64,000 nt of DNA from an uncultured virus (IMG/VR IMGVR_UViG_2029527006_000008) (taxonomy: Duplodnaviria; Heunggongvirae; Uroviricota; Caudoviricetes). This document shows, piece after piece, positions 26,730-36,999 of this stretch. How positions within the stretch are numbered: the first letter of the stretch is position 1; each line of letters opens with the position of its first letter. The notes below the pieces were generated by a model that made no database searches, was not told the origin of the DNA, and was given only the letters and a program-made list of their open reading frames with translations. The stretch spans positions 62,001-126,000 of the IMG/VR virus record IMGVR_UViG_2029527006_000008; one strand, given 5' to 3'. The position numbers were made by a program, and so were the translations under genes.

Positions 26730-28239
26730 CACCGTCACCGTTGAAGGTCTGGGGAAGTCTGATCCCATCGATACCATTCGTTTCGACGAGGCGGATGAAG
26801 CCACTATCGACATGACCGAGATCATTAACTACGACAAGCAGTTAAAGGTCACCAAGGTTGTGAGCGGTGTGGAGAGCTTTATCAGTACCGGTCAGCTGGA
26901 CGCCGCTACTGCGCTCTATCTGGGTGTAAAAGCCAAGCCAGGCAGTATGGACCCGCTGGGATCTACCTACAACACGCGCTTTGGCGGAGAAGGTTTCTTC
27001 CAGAGCACGTTGAAGGCGCTGGAAACCGGTATTGTTGCGGTAATTCGTTTTATCAAGAAGATCGTGCTGTGGGTCGTTGATAAAATCAAAGTCGTGTTTG
27101 GTCTGAAGCCCTCTGATCGTCAGGCTGCTGCCGTGAAAGAGAAAATGCCGGAAATTAAACAGCAACTCGGCGCTTATCTGCTGGCCATGGGCTTCCCGGC
27201 TCACCTGGTGGATCTGGATAAGTTCCTGGAAGACGTACCGGACGGTCGCTTTAACAAATCCATCAAGTACCTGTCTTCTAAGCTGGTGAGCAAAGAGCAC
27301 TACCTGGAAAACTTCACGCAGATTCCGGGACTGATTCAGGGTGTTTGCGCCACCATCTCCAAAGGCGTGAAGAAAGCCAAGCTGGCGAAGAAACGTTTCT
27401 CTGACAAGCTCGAGTATATCGTGCGGAAAAGCAAAGAGCGTAACTTCAATTTCGATTACGAAGGCGGTGCACTGCGCGAAGCGATGTTGGAAGTGATTCA
27501 GTCGCTGAATTACAAAGACATCACGCCACAGCTCAGCAAGCTGCTCGAAGTCGTGATGCAGCAGACCTACACGGAAGATGACTTTGCCAAACACTCTATT
27601 GAGATTGCGCAAAAGATCACGGCTTCGCTGATCACTGCCCAGCAGTCTGCCGACGTGGAGTTCGTTCGCAAGATCGAGCAGATTCTTGCCAAGACCACTG
27701 TCGAGAACTTCGAAAAGCTGGACGAGCAAAAGAACGATCTTTCCGAAGCCATGAAAGATCTGTTTGGCTTTGCCGGTACCGAAGAGCTTACACAGGTTGC
27801 CATGATCAGTAACCTCAGCAATGACGGTCGCTATCTGGGCTTCTATCAGCAGATGGCGGGTGCGGTTAACGTCTATACCAACTTCACCAAAGTCACGGTT
27901 GAGATCTTGCGTATGGCGGGTACAACTTTCTCTGACCTGGGTAACTGGTACAGTAAAGCCAATGCCTTTATGCTGGCTGCGGTAGCGAACGACGTTGACA
28001 CCATCAGCAAGATGATGCTGGCTGCTCAGCAGAAAGCGCTGAAAGAAGGGCGTCCGTTTACGGTAGACATGTACCCGAACGGCGTACCGAAACTGGTGGC
28101 GGTTCCTGAAGCCGAAGCACAAACCTTCCTGGAGAAAGCAGCTGACGTCTCTAGCCTGGTTATCGAAAACAACCTGCTCAATATCCGTACCGCGGTAAAC
28201 AACTTCGGTAAAGATGTCGGCATGGGCAAGCTCTTGTAA
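26722..28239 (+). CDS. Internal head protein (processed paralog family)
   Basis: Acidic propeptide, G-x-E sites (SGVES, GGEGF), then an amphipathic helix. Confidence 0.7.
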   Translation: MNNTVTVEGLGKSDPIDTIRFDEADEATIDMTEIINYDKQLKVTKVVSGVESFISTGQLDAATALYLGVKAKPGSMDPLGSTYNTRFGGEGFFQSTLKALETGIVAVIRFIKKIVLWVVDKIKVVFGLKPSDRQAAAVKEKMPEIKQQLGAYLLAMGFPAHLVDLDKFLEDVPDGRFNKSIKYLSSKLVSKEHYLENFTQIPGLIQGVCATISKGVKKAKLAKKRFSDKLEYIVRKSKERNFNFDYEGGALREAMLEVIQSLNYKDITPQLSKLLEVVMQQTYTEDDFAKHSIEIAQKITASLITAQQSADVEFVRKIEQILAKTTVENFEKLDEQKNDLSEAMKDLFGFAGTEELTQVAMISNLSNDGRYLGFYQQMAGAVNVYTNFTKVTVEILRMAGTTFSDLGNWYSKANAFMLAAVANDVDTISKMMLAAQQKALKEGRPFTVDMYPNGVPKLVAVPEAEAQTFLEKAADVSSLVIENNLLNIRTAVNNFGKDVGMGKLL

Positions 28240-28252
28240 GGACGCGCCTACC

Positions 28253-28960
28253 ATGATCGTTAATCTCGAAAATATCCAGACGCTGACTGATGATATTGAA
28301 AACGCACTGACCCGTACGCTGGGATTTGAACTGCCGGATGAACTCACGTTTGATGAGGCTCTGACGCTGATCACCTCTATGCAGGATCCGTTGCGCACTC
28401 AGATCAAAGAGCGTTTGATGACCCGCAACTTTGCCATGAACGAAAGCGATCTGCGCTGGACCGTGCTGAACGTTGTGGTGCGTTTCGGTGTGCGCTTTGG
28501 CGGCATGCGTGAAGTTGGGCAGGAAGTGTGCAAGGAGTTTTACGAAGCCTTGACGCAAACAGCTGATCGCGTGTATGAGCTGCTGCAGAATCCGGGTCGT
28601 GTTCCTCCTACGCGCTACGGTTATCTGAAAGGTATTGTGGCGGGTTTTGTGTGTGGTTTCCGTGACTACGATTCTCAACGCCTGAAGTTTGTCAACAAGC
28701 AGAACTTCATTGTGCTGGACGACACCCAGCTCAAGCGTTACTACGGCACCAGTAGTGAATTTGCTGGCATCAGCGAACTCATTACTCGCGTCGCTAAAGA
28801 GTACTGTCTGGAAGTGCACAACAGCTACAGTAGCTTGCCACGTCTGGTTGATCGCCTTGCCTGGATCGGCACCAATGATGATCTGCAGGATCTGAAAACC
28901 CACCTTCAGATGCGCCTCTACCTGATTCGTGTGTTCAATGAACTGCTGGATGACTTTTAA
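28253..28960 (+). CDS. Hypothetical virion-operon protein
   Basis: TAAGGA RBS before ATG 28253. Confidence 0.7.
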   Translation: MIVNLENIQTLTDDIENALTRTLGFELPDELTFDEALTLITSMQDPLRTQIKERLMTRNFAMNESDLRWTVLNVVVRFGVRFGGMREVGQEVCKEFYEALTQTADRVYELLQNPGRVPPTRYGYLKGIVAGFVCGFRDYDSQRLKFVNKQNFIVLDDTQLKRYYGTSSEFAGISELITRVAKEYCLEVHNSYSSLPRLVDRLAWIGTNDDLQDLKTHLQMRLYLIRVFNELLDDF

Positions 28961-28964
28961 TAAA

Positions 28965-28996
28965 TAAACTACTGCGCCCTCGGGCGCAGTAGTTTA
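28965..28996. terminator. Hairpin between convergent genes (repeat family member)
   Basis: TAAACTACTGCGCC-CTCG-GGCGCAGTAGTTTA. Confidence 0.8.
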
Positions 28997-28999
28997 CTG

Positions 29000-31918
29000 T
29001 TATAGACTGGTTACATCGTGCTGCAAGAAGTCAACCTTGACATCTTCCTGGACGCTAGGCAGTTTGTTATCACCCAGTACCAGTTTCTTACGGACACTGA
29101 AGCCACTGAGTTCATCCACGGCCGAGATAACGTCTACTGTGCTGTCACCGCTCACGGCATTGATCTTGACATCCACAACATCAGACGGCAAGTTCTCCAT
29201 CAGCGCTTTCACCAGAGACGAGACGCCCACCGTAATGTTGTTGAACAGGAAGTTGTTCAATACTTTCGGCGTGTTGTTCTTCAGTGACGTCTTCAGGTTA
29301 GAGTTCTGATAGCCAGAGCGAGTCAGGTAGTAGGTAACTTCAAACGACAGATCTTGTTTCAGCACAGAGTAGTAGTTGGAGTTCACCACCACTTTACGCC
29401 AGCCCAGCTTGCTTTTCGGCTGATAGAGCAGACGGGTTTTGTCAATGATCTGCTGACTGAACAGGTCAAGGTCAAGACTGATGGTATCCGCCAGCATGTC
29501 TTTGATGGTTTGAGCAAACACGATATCGTAATCATCTTTACTCAGCGCATAGACACCGTCGAAGCCCACAAAGTCCCAGTGGTAGTTGAGTTCGCGCGGA
29601 GCCAGCTCAACGTAGTTACCCTGGGCATCTTTAACCCAGTCACCTTTCTGATGCTTGTAGATCGGGTAACCCGCATCTGTCAGCATCGGTTCGCCTTTGC
29701 TGTGCAACAGAATAGGCAGGTTGTCAGAACCCAGCACCAGTTGACCGTTCTCTTTCTTGTAGACATCTTCATCGTAGACATCCGGTACGTTGAAGTCATA
29801 CTGTTGGTATTGACCTTCACCCACCAGAGGACGCACACGGTTATAGATGCGATCAAGACGTTTACCCAGCACCAGTTCCAGATTGGTTTTGATGATAGCC
29901 TGAACCGGATCTTTGAACAGCGATTGGTCGATCTCACTGTCGGCACTGATAACGGTTTGCCACGTACCTACACGACGCACCACGATAAACGACACTTCCA
30001 GATCCAGCGCAATAGGTGTATCCGGCTGGACACTACCGTACTGACTGAAGTTAGTGATGTGGAGCTGATCGCTTTCATCAACATCGAGATTACTCTCCAT
30101 GCGGAAACGATACACGCGTTCACCACCTGCAGTTTTGTACGCCAACTCGCCTTTCAAGCTTGCCGGTTGGTTACTGCCTGCAATCATCACCGAGAGCTGC
30201 ATGCCTACTTGTTCATCCGTCAGCACCTTGTAGCTCTGACCGGAACTGGTCTGTGCCATAATGGTGTAGCCGTTGTTCTCGTAGGTCACGGTCACGGCAT
30301 CAATACCCACTTCGATACCCAGGTTGGTGTTCTCATCCTGGAAGCTCTGAATGCCGAACTTTGGCTTATCCAGGTAATACATGCGGATAGCGGCCTGATT
30401 CTGGGTGGTATCGAACACATAGTGGAACGGCAGATACGCCAAGCTGGTGCTTTCCATGTAGGCGATTAAACCGTTGTGAGTCATGGCCGCAATGTCAGCA
30501 CGCTGCGAAGCACTCACCAGGGTCGGAACTTGACTGGTCACGTCAAACATCGTTCCTGCCGGTACCGTTACTCGTGCACCGTTATCCAGTGCTACCCCAG
30601 AGTTCACCAGCTGTTTAGCCGAGATCAAGTTAGTGCCCACAAAGCAGTTGACGCCTGAGTAGAAGTCTTTGTTGCTTTGCAGCGGCAACTCTTTGGTTAA
30701 GGAGAACAGACGTGAGGTCACAAAGTCAATGCTCTTCACCGCAGAATAACCGTAGTCTTCTACCGATCCAATCAGGTTGTTTTCCGTGATTGGCAAACTG
30801 CGCATGCGACGACCGTTAACCACACCGTACTTGATCTTGCTGAACGACGTTGGAATCGTACCACCTGAGATAGGTGTATGGAATTTCCACAGCACACCAC
30901 CCATGTTTGGCAGGAAGTCCGAATAGGCGTTGAGATCGTTATTGGCATAACGGAAATCACGGTAAGCCGGCTTGTAGTCATTCAGGTCAGTGGCGGTAAA
31001 GTCTTTATCTACTGTACCCTTGGTGGTGTAGACATACAGCGATACCGTACCGATGCCCAGACCGTTTTCAATATAGATATCAGGAATGGCGAAATCAAAC
31101 GCACTCTCTGAAGTATCCAGATCGATGGTCATGGTCAGCGTGCCCGGGTCAAACACTGCCTTGTCATAGGCAACGACCATTTCACGCTTCACGCCGTCAG
31201 TGCCGGTGATGTAGGCACGAATGCCATACAGGTAGTCAGAATAAGCACGACGTCCCGAACAGCCCGCACCTTCCGTTGACGGAATGTTGCTATCAAATGA
31301 ACAGGCGAGCTGACGGACTGGCACTTCAATAACCAGATAATCCTTGCCGCTAATAGGGCGCACTTTACGTTTCAGTACGTTACCCGCAATGGCATTGAAC
31401 GGGTTATTGGTGGTTGAGTCATACACCACCTGCACGCCAGTACGCTCGTTGTAACGGATCTCGATTCCGTTCTCAATGGCAAAGGTATAACCTGCCACAT
31501 CGACCTCGGTATCTTTTGGAATCAGCATCTTTTGGTAGCTAAGGTTAACCCCGTTCACCGTGCTGGTTGCTGTAGGTGCAAAGGCCTTCAGGTTATCCAT
31601 GGCGATGATGAGGTTAATAGTGCTGGTACTTGGCGTACCAAACAAACCATAGTACTCGATGTCGTTCATGTTACGCGACAGTTCAGCGACAGAGCGTGCA
31701 TGCGCTGGGAACACTTGACTGATGGCGTCACTGAGCGAACTCAAGAAACCAAAACCCACCCCAATGGTGAGGTCGGCACAGAACACCACTGGATGTGTAC
31801 CAGAGTTGATGTTTACCTTTTGATCAAACCAAGCCTTTTCCAGATTGTCCACGACGTAGTTCAAACCACGGTACGGGTTGTTGGCGAGCTTGGTAATCGA
31901 CGTAATTTCAATGGTCAT
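29000..31918 (-). CDS. Large baseplate structural protein (phiKZ gp87-like; T4 gp6 wedge-like)
   Basis: About 972 aa, beta-rich. FPAHARSVAELSRNM..YYGLFGTPS, IPKDT, YTTKG and ISGGT resemble wedge-protein motifs. ATGA overlap at 31915-31918. Confidence 0.65.
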   Translation of the reverse strand: MTIEITSITKLANNPYRGLNYVVDNLEKAWFDQKVNINSGTHPVVFCADLTIGVGFGFLSSLSDAISQVFPAHARSVAELSRNMNDIEYYGLFGTPSTSTINLIIAMDNLKAFAPTATSTVNGVNLSYQKMLIPKDTEVDVAGYTFAIENGIEIRYNERTGVQVVYDSTTNNPFNAIAGNVLKRKVRPISGKDYLVIEVPVRQLACSFDSNIPSTEGAGCSGRRAYSDYLYGIRAYITGTDGVKREMVVAYDKAVFDPGTLTMTIDLDTSESAFDFAIPDIYIENGLGIGTVSLYVYTTKGTVDKDFTATDLNDYKPAYRDFRYANNDLNAYSDFLPNMGGVLWKFHTPISGGTIPTSFSKIKYGVVNGRRMRSLPITENNLIGSVEDYGYSAVKSIDFVTSRLFSLTKELPLQSNKDFYSGVNCFVGTNLISAKQLVNSGVALDNGARVTVPAGTMFDVTSQVPTLVSASQRADIAAMTHNGLIAYMESTSLAYLPFHYVFDTTQNQAAIRMYYLDKPKFGIQSFQDENTNLGIEVGIDAVTVTYENNGYTIMAQTSSGQSYKVLTDEQVGMQLSVMIAGSNQPASLKGELAYKTAGGERVYRFRMESNLDVDESDQLHITNFSQYGSVQPDTPIALDLEVSFIVVRRVGTWQTVISADSEIDQSLFKDPVQAIIKTNLELVLGKRLDRIYNRVRPLVGEGQYQQYDFNVPDVYDEDVYKKENGQLVLGSDNLPILLHSKGEPMLTDAGYPIYKHQKGDWVKDAQGNYVELAPRELNYHWDFVGFDGVYALSKDDYDIVFAQTIKDMLADTISLDLDLFSQQIIDKTRLLYQPKSKLGWRKVVVNSNYYSVLKQDLSFEVTYYLTRSGYQNSNLKTSLKNNTPKVLNNFLFNNITVGVSSLVKALMENLPSDVVDVKINAVSGDSTVDVISAVDELSGFSVRKKLVLGDNKLPSVQEDVKVDFLQHDVTSL

Positions 31919-33030
31919 TTCTTCACCCAATATTCCAGCGTCATGTTATCCAGATTGATATAAGGATACACACGCTCGTAGTTGTTGCCATAATACTGAT
32001 CGAATTCCAACCGACGATATTTGGATGCGCGGGTTTCATCACGCAGATCATTATTGAAGTATTCAGTGGTGGCGTTAAACATACGCGCCACAGTAACGTT
32101 GCCGTAACGAAACGCAATGGCATCGAACTGCACATCGAACTCGTCCTGACCTTGACCACGCAACGTGTTTGTTGTGCGATCAATTGCTGAGAACGCACCT
32201 GATGGGTAGGTGGTGGGTACGCAGCTGGCGTTACAGAAGATCCACTCGATGTTACGCATGTTGCGGTTCAGGATGATGTGGTAGATGCGGCAGTCATAAT
32301 CCTGATAGTTCTGCTTCAACGCTTCCGGGTAAGGCTCAAGGCCATGATCCCCTAATGTCACTTCATTTATATAGTTCAGCCAAACCTCAAAGATATAAGG
32401 CAAGAACTTAGGTTGTGACATGTGGAAACTCTGACGCATCGGGTAAGCACCGTTGTGCTGCAGGATCCCGCTGATGTGGCGGTAGACTTCCTGACGGAAA
32501 CCCGGTGAGCTGGTTGAGACGTTCAGCGAAAGATCAGGGAAGCCATTACTGGTTTTACAGTAGTTGGTTAACGGTGTCATCCAGGCAGTTAGAGGATCTA
32601 AGAACTTAATCGCTCCACTGTTCGCCGCGCCCCACTGCTTATCCATCAGCCCTCGCACATAGCTCATCACGCTGTTGGGTTTACTGCGATACAGAGGAAA
32701 TAACCCAGGATAACGTGAGACGTTCTCATCTGAGAGGTTTAAAAGGGGGCGTGATACAAAAGGCAATCCTATGGCATCGTCGGCTATGGGGATGAATTGG
32801 TGGCCCGGACCAAGGATCCTTAAGCCGGACAATGATTTAATAACCGGACTCTGTGAACCAGGTCCACCTTGCTCAGAAAAAGCATAATCCATCATAGACA
32901 CCAATTGCTCTGGTGTTATGGGTGATTGTGCTTTCGTTTGTTCAACATTTTCTTTTAGAAATTCGGGGCGAGCTAGACCTGGTGTTTTCATTAACCCGGC
33001 GAGATCGTTTATATCAAATTTTTCACTCAT
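31915..33030 (-). CDS. Virion structural protein, tail-tube-like/baseplate fold (phiKZ gp88-like)
   Basis: 371 aa; DYDCRIYHIIL, CVPTTYP and FDVQF are tube-like motifs; synteny. Confidence 0.55.
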   Translation of the reverse strand: MSEKFDINDLAGLMKTPGLARPEFLKENVEQTKAQSPITPEQLVSMMDYAFSEQGGPGSQSPVIKSLSGLRILGPGHQFIPIADDAIGLPFVSRPLLNLSDENVSRYPGLFPLYRSKPNSVMSYVRGLMDKQWGAANSGAIKFLDPLTAWMTPLTNYCKTSNGFPDLSLNVSTSSPGFRQEVYRHISGILQHNGAYPMRQSFHMSQPKFLPYIFEVWLNYINEVTLGDHGLEPYPEALKQNYQDYDCRIYHIILNRNMRNIEWIFCNASCVPTTYPSGAFSAIDRTTNTLRGQGQDEFDVQFDAIAFRYGNVTVARMFNATTEYFNNDLRDETRASKYRRLEFDQYYGNNYERVYPYINLDNMTLEYWVKK

Positions 33031-33052
33031 AATTTAGCCATAAGAGGTTAGT

Positions 33053-34183
33053 ATGATAGGGTCTATTATCGGCGTTAGTCGATTGCTGCTTGACACAGCA
33101 AAAATGATTTTTCCTGAGAATGGAGAAGTGGCTGCGGCCTCCAACGTGGCGGATAAGGCCGGCAATACATACAATTTGCTGACTAAGCACAGCGTTGTAC
33201 ATAGCGGGAACCGCACGTTAGTTTCGCCGATCGTAGGTATCGATAAGACAATTCTGCACGCCAACTACATGCAGGCAGTTATGCAAGTTGTCATGGCGCG
33301 CGACATGCACGCGGTACTTGCTCACATTTCTATCAAGAACGCAGAACGCATGGGCATCAAAATCGATGAGATCATCGGTGGTGTTCAGCCGCGTCGCGCG
33401 GGTCTGGTATCGCTGGCTGGCTGTGAAGCCATGAACGGCAATGGTCCGAACCCGAACAAATTCAAAGGCGGTAAAGATGGTTCCGAAGCACCCGAAATGG
33501 GCAGCGATGGTGATACTGTTACTATTGGCGGCAAGTCTTATTCAGAGATCGCAGAGTTCACTCCTCTGGCAATTGGACGTGTTGTCGTTGCAACAGCGCA
33601 CGGCCCAAATGGCGGAAAGGTAGAACTTCCTCTGACCTTCCGTGAAATCCCCATGCCCATGATGCCTGCACAGATCCTTAACGTGTTCTCTGCGGCAAAA
33701 CCTGAAGACGGTTTGTTTGCACGTCTGGCCATGTGGGGCGGTGGTGAAATCACTGGGCCACAGTTCTTCTCTGGTAGCGACATCAACAAAGAGAAGTTCA
33801 ATACCAAGTACAAAGATAACACCGGCTACTTCGAAGAGATGGCGAAACGTGAGCGCATCAACAAGGCGCAGGCGCTTCGTACCGGTGTGGTTTCCATGAA
33901 CACCATGGCGAACACCTTTATCATGAGCTCTGACACTGCTAAGCAGATCGAACTGACCATTGGTAAACGTTTCTCCAACGGCCGTAACCTGGATGCGATC
34001 TTCCGTGCGGTAGACGCGTCTCGCATCGTTATCTGCGATGAGCGCAACGGTGTGTTTGAATTCATCACCAACGGCGACAGCCTGATTGAAACCTATACGC
34101 TGAAAGAACTCGAAGCTAAAGGCAAGAAATCTGACAGCGCCGATTCTCTGGAATCACTGGCCCGTATTCTGGCAGGGAAATAA
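33053..34183 (+). CDS. Internal head/inner-body protein (phiKZ gp89-like)
   Basis: GAGG RBS; AGCE site; LAIGRVV motif; synteny. Confidence 0.6.
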   Translation: MIGSIIGVSRLLLDTAKMIFPENGEVAAASNVADKAGNTYNLLTKHSVVHSGNRTLVSPIVGIDKTILHANYMQAVMQVVMARDMHAVLAHISIKNAERMGIKIDEIIGGVQPRRAGLVSLAGCEAMNGNGPNPNKFKGGKDGSEAPEMGSDGDTVTIGGKSYSEIAEFTPLAIGRVVVATAHGPNGGKVELPLTFREIPMPMMPAQILNVFSAAKPEDGLFARLAMWGGGEITGPQFFSGSDINKEKFNTKYKDNTGYFEEMAKRERINKAQALRTGVVSMNTMANTFIMSSDTAKQIELTIGKRFSNGRNLDAIFRAVDASRIVICDERNGVFEFITNGDSLIETYTLKELEAKGKKSDSADSLESLARILAGK

Positions 34184-34185
34184 TT

Positions 34186-35079
34186 ATGTCTGATATTCGT
34201 GAATACGCTTCAAGCGTAAAAAACGTAAGCCGCAAAAACATCCTGACCCTGATCTCCACGGTTGATGTTTCTGCACACGATCTGATCGATAACGTAAACC
34301 GTTTGGAAAGCGAAGGGTTAACGCTGGTCAGTGAAAGCGCCGGCTGGGCCGTCACCAAGTCCATTGCCAACAACGTCGCGAAAGCTACCCCTAACTTCAA
34401 CGCCTCTACCCCGACCCTGACTACGATGAAGATGGTGGCAGAAGTTGTAACCAACCTCACGGCTTATCTCAAGAAAGAAGTCTCGGCTTATAAAGACGAG
34501 CTCTGGGCAGGGGAAACCATGAGCGTGCGTCAGGTCTACCTGCTGTCTACTATTGAACAGCTGGATTTCTGGGCTCGCTACTCCAGCAAGCTGCTCGACG
34601 TACTGCTGAGCATGTCGGTGAAGTCTGGGTTCGTGGTGGATAAGTACCTCACCAAAAACGAACTGATGTTCCTGAACGGTTCTGCGCTGTACTACAGCAA
34701 CATCACCGTTTCCCTGCTGAAAGGTAAAACCGCACTGATCAAAGAGATCGATGCGATTCCTGAGCTGGATGCGGATGATGAGAACAGCATGGACATCATG
34801 CTGGGCATGGGTGGCAAGAAACCTGAGCTGGCACGCGGCTTTGGTATTCACTACCTCAACCCGAAATACTGGTATGACAGTCTGATGCGCGAGATTGATC
34901 TCATGCGTATCCGCAGCGCACAGGAGCACAATGAGTTCCTGGCGATGAAGATCAATCAGGCCATCAACCAGAAAAACGGCACCAACGACGCGTCACTGGA
35001 CCACCGTATCGAAGTTTACCGCGAGAAGATCGTGAAGAACACCGGTACCATCAACAAGATCGTTGAGAGCTATCAGTAA
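34186..35079 (+). CDS. Internal head/inner-body protein (phiKZ gp90-like)
   Basis: 297 aa helical protein; HYLNPKYW followed by a C-terminal coiled coil; synteny. Confidence 0.6.
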   Translation: MSDIREYASSVKNVSRKNILTLISTVDVSAHDLIDNVNRLESEGLTLVSESAGWAVTKSIANNVAKATPNFNASTPTLTTMKMVAEVVTNLTAYLKKEVSAYKDELWAGETMSVRQVYLLSTIEQLDFWARYSSKLLDVLLSMSVKSGFVVDKYLTKNELMFLNGSALYYSNITVSLLKGKTALIKEIDAIPELDADDENSMDIMLGMGGKKPELARGFGIHYLNPKYWYDSLMREIDLMRIRSAQEHNEFLAMKINQAINQKNGTNDASLDHRIEVYREKIVKNTGTINKIVESYQ

Positions 35080-35087
35080 CTGTTTAT

Positions 35088-35119
35088 CTATTACTGAGGG
35101 GTCACTCCCTCAGTAATAG
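35088..35119 (+). terminator. Hairpin
   Basis: CTATTACTGAGGG-GTCACT-CCCTCAGTAATAG. Confidence 0.7.
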
Positions 35120-35121
35120 TG

Positions 35122-35129
35122 ATTTTATG
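35122..35129 (+). promoter_or_regulatory. Putative late promoter ATTTTATG
   Basis: Intergenic, directly after the hairpin and upstream of the 35172 gene. Confidence 0.6.
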
Positions 35130-35171
35130 ATGATTTTCGCCATCCCTCCTTCTTAATGAGGTTATTGTCCT

Positions 35172-35693
35172 ATGAGTACGTTTGTACGCGCTAAAAATGG
35201 GTTTGTTAATGGTGCCGTAACCAATGCTGATGTCAGTGCCGCCAAGGAAGTGATTCGTGCTTTCCTGAACAGTACTACGCAGGACTACGCCCAGAAAACC
35301 AATCCCATCATCTATCAGGAAGTGCTGCGTGCAGCGCGTTGCTTGATCGGTGAAAACTTCCAGGACTTCCTGGAAGCCAACTACAAAAACGGTATCGGTC
35401 CGCTGGCTTCTATTGTGGGTTCGATTGTTCTCTACCTCAACAACAAGTGTTCTGCTCGTGCTATCGGCAGTGACATTCGTTGTGCTGAAGAGATCGTTCA
35501 CCACAACAACAATACCACGGGAGCGTGGGAGCGTCGCTTTATCACCAGCACGCAGAGCTCTGCTCGTAACTCCATGGCGTTGACTGATAACATCACCAAC
35601 TTCGATTACTATCGCCTGCTGCGCGGGATTGGCATGGAAAACATGTCACGTATTCTGCTGGCACTTCTGGGAGAAACCCGCTATGACAACTGA
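35172..35693 (+). CDS. Virion head protein (phiKZ gp91-like)
   Basis: GAGG RBS; 173 aa; synteny. Confidence 0.6.
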   Translation: MSTFVRAKNGFVNGAVTNADVSAAKEVIRAFLNSTTQDYAQKTNPIIYQEVLRAARCLIGENFQDFLEANYKNGIGPLASIVGSIVLYLNNKCSARAIGSDIRCAEEIVHHNNNTTGAWERRFITSTQSSARNSMALTDNITNFDYYRLLRGIGMENMSRILLALLGETRYDN

Positions 35694-36999
35694 GCTTGAC
35701 GAACAGATGGCTGCTATTTCTGTCGTGAAATCACTGGAGCTGATGGAAACGGTAAAAGACAGCCGTGACCTCAACAACATCACGAACCAGGTGTTGGGTG
35801 CTACTAACCGCGTACAGGAAATCAAAAGTCTTCTGGAAAACACCCCGGACCATGAGATCTCTCCTGAAGATGCCATCACTATCGACGGCCAGCTCAGTGA
35901 TCTGAAAGTCGTGGAGATCGATGACGGCGAAGTTACCTATAACGCACACCGCGTTGCCGGCGCTGAACACTTCGGTCGTACGCTGCGCCCTAGCCAGTAT
36001 CGTCTGAGCCGTATTGCGGCCTGTGAGGGCTTCCTGAGCGACACACTGGAAACCGCCAAGGTCTTTACCAAACGCCTGGGACAGAACTTCCACGACGCGT
36101 ATACGCTGGCTGTGGAAGACACCGAGTCCTTGATCACGCGTTTCAAGATGATTGAGCGCGCCAGTAAAGATCTCGGCGACTTCAAAGATGGCCTGGAGCA
36201 GTTCAACCTTTCTGCCCGTCTGTTTAACCTGTTAAAGGTTCAGGGTGAAGTCAAAGAAGATTGGTACAACCAGATTCTGAATCTGTTTAAAACCACGTCG
36301 GCCCTGACCAACAACTACTACGACTACTCTGAGAAAGAGCTGACGCAGATCATGGCGTTCTTCTCTCGCTTTGAAGGCGTAAGTACTGATGAAGAAGCTG
36401 TGCAGATTCTGATGCAGGTAGGGCCTCTGCTGAACGTGCCGGCATTCCGCGAGTGCAAGATCGATATCTCTGATAAAGCCGTGCCGTGGCTGCGTAAGCT
36501 GCGCTCTGTGGAACTCATGGGCGGTCGCTTCCTGATTGATACCCGCTGGAAAGATCCAATCAAAGTCAAAGATGTGAAAACCATCGACGACTGGTTTGAT
36601 TCTCGCGTACAGGATCTGGGCGTGCGTTTCAACAAGCGTGAATCCATTGATTTCATCGACCGTGAGCAAGAAATCAATACCTTTGGCGCCGAAACCATTC
36701 GCCACGTCTGCGCGATCTCTATCAAGATCCTGGAGAACTGGCTGGCTATCTGCAACAAAGCCATCAAACACCGTATCTCTGAGCGTGACTACGAGATCAT
36801 CGGTAGCAACCTCACCAAGATGCCGATCAATGAAACGGACAAGCACCGTATCATGGCGATGTACTCGATGATTGTGCGCAAGAACCAGCAAGACCTGCTG
36901 GACCTCAATGCGGACTTCACGCGTTACCTGGTGATTACCCTGAACGCCATTGCCAGCCTGTGCAATGACTCCATCAACTTCGCGAAATCGGTGAGCTAA
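35683..36999 (+). CDS. Internal head protein (processed)
   Basis: GGAG RBS before ATG 35683; AGAE and ACEGFL sites; ELMGGRFL paralog motif. Confidence 0.7.
   Translation: MTTELDEQMAAISVVKSLELMETVKDSRDLNNITNQVLGATNRVQEIKSLLENTPDHEISPEDAITIDGQLSDLKVVEIDDGEVTYNAHRVAGAEHFGRTLRPSQYRLSRIAACEGFLSDTLETAKVFTKRLGQNFHDAYTLAVEDTESLITRFKMIERASKDLGDFKDGLEQFNLSARLFNLLKVQGEVKEDWYNQILNLFKTTSALTNNYYDYSEKELTQIMAFFSRFEGVSTDEEAVQILMQVGPLLNVPAFRECKIDISDKAVPWLRKLRSVELMGGRFLIDTRWKDPIKVKDVKTIDDWFDSRVQDLGVRFNKRESIDFIDREQEINTFGAETIRHVCAISIKILENWLAICNKAIKHRISERDYEIIGSNLTKMPINETDKHRIMAMYSMIVRKNQQDLLDLNADFTRYLVITLNAIASLCNDSINFAKSVS

Noticed and set aside
26842..28398. 518-aa antisense ORF
   Set aside because: It mirrors a well-supported + strand gene; a shadow ORF caused by codon bias, with no RBS or motifs.
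34170..34190. GGG AAA TAA at a gene end as another frameshift site
   Set aside because: The phase gives A GGG AAA, not X XXY YYZ, and the next gene has its own ATG at 34186.
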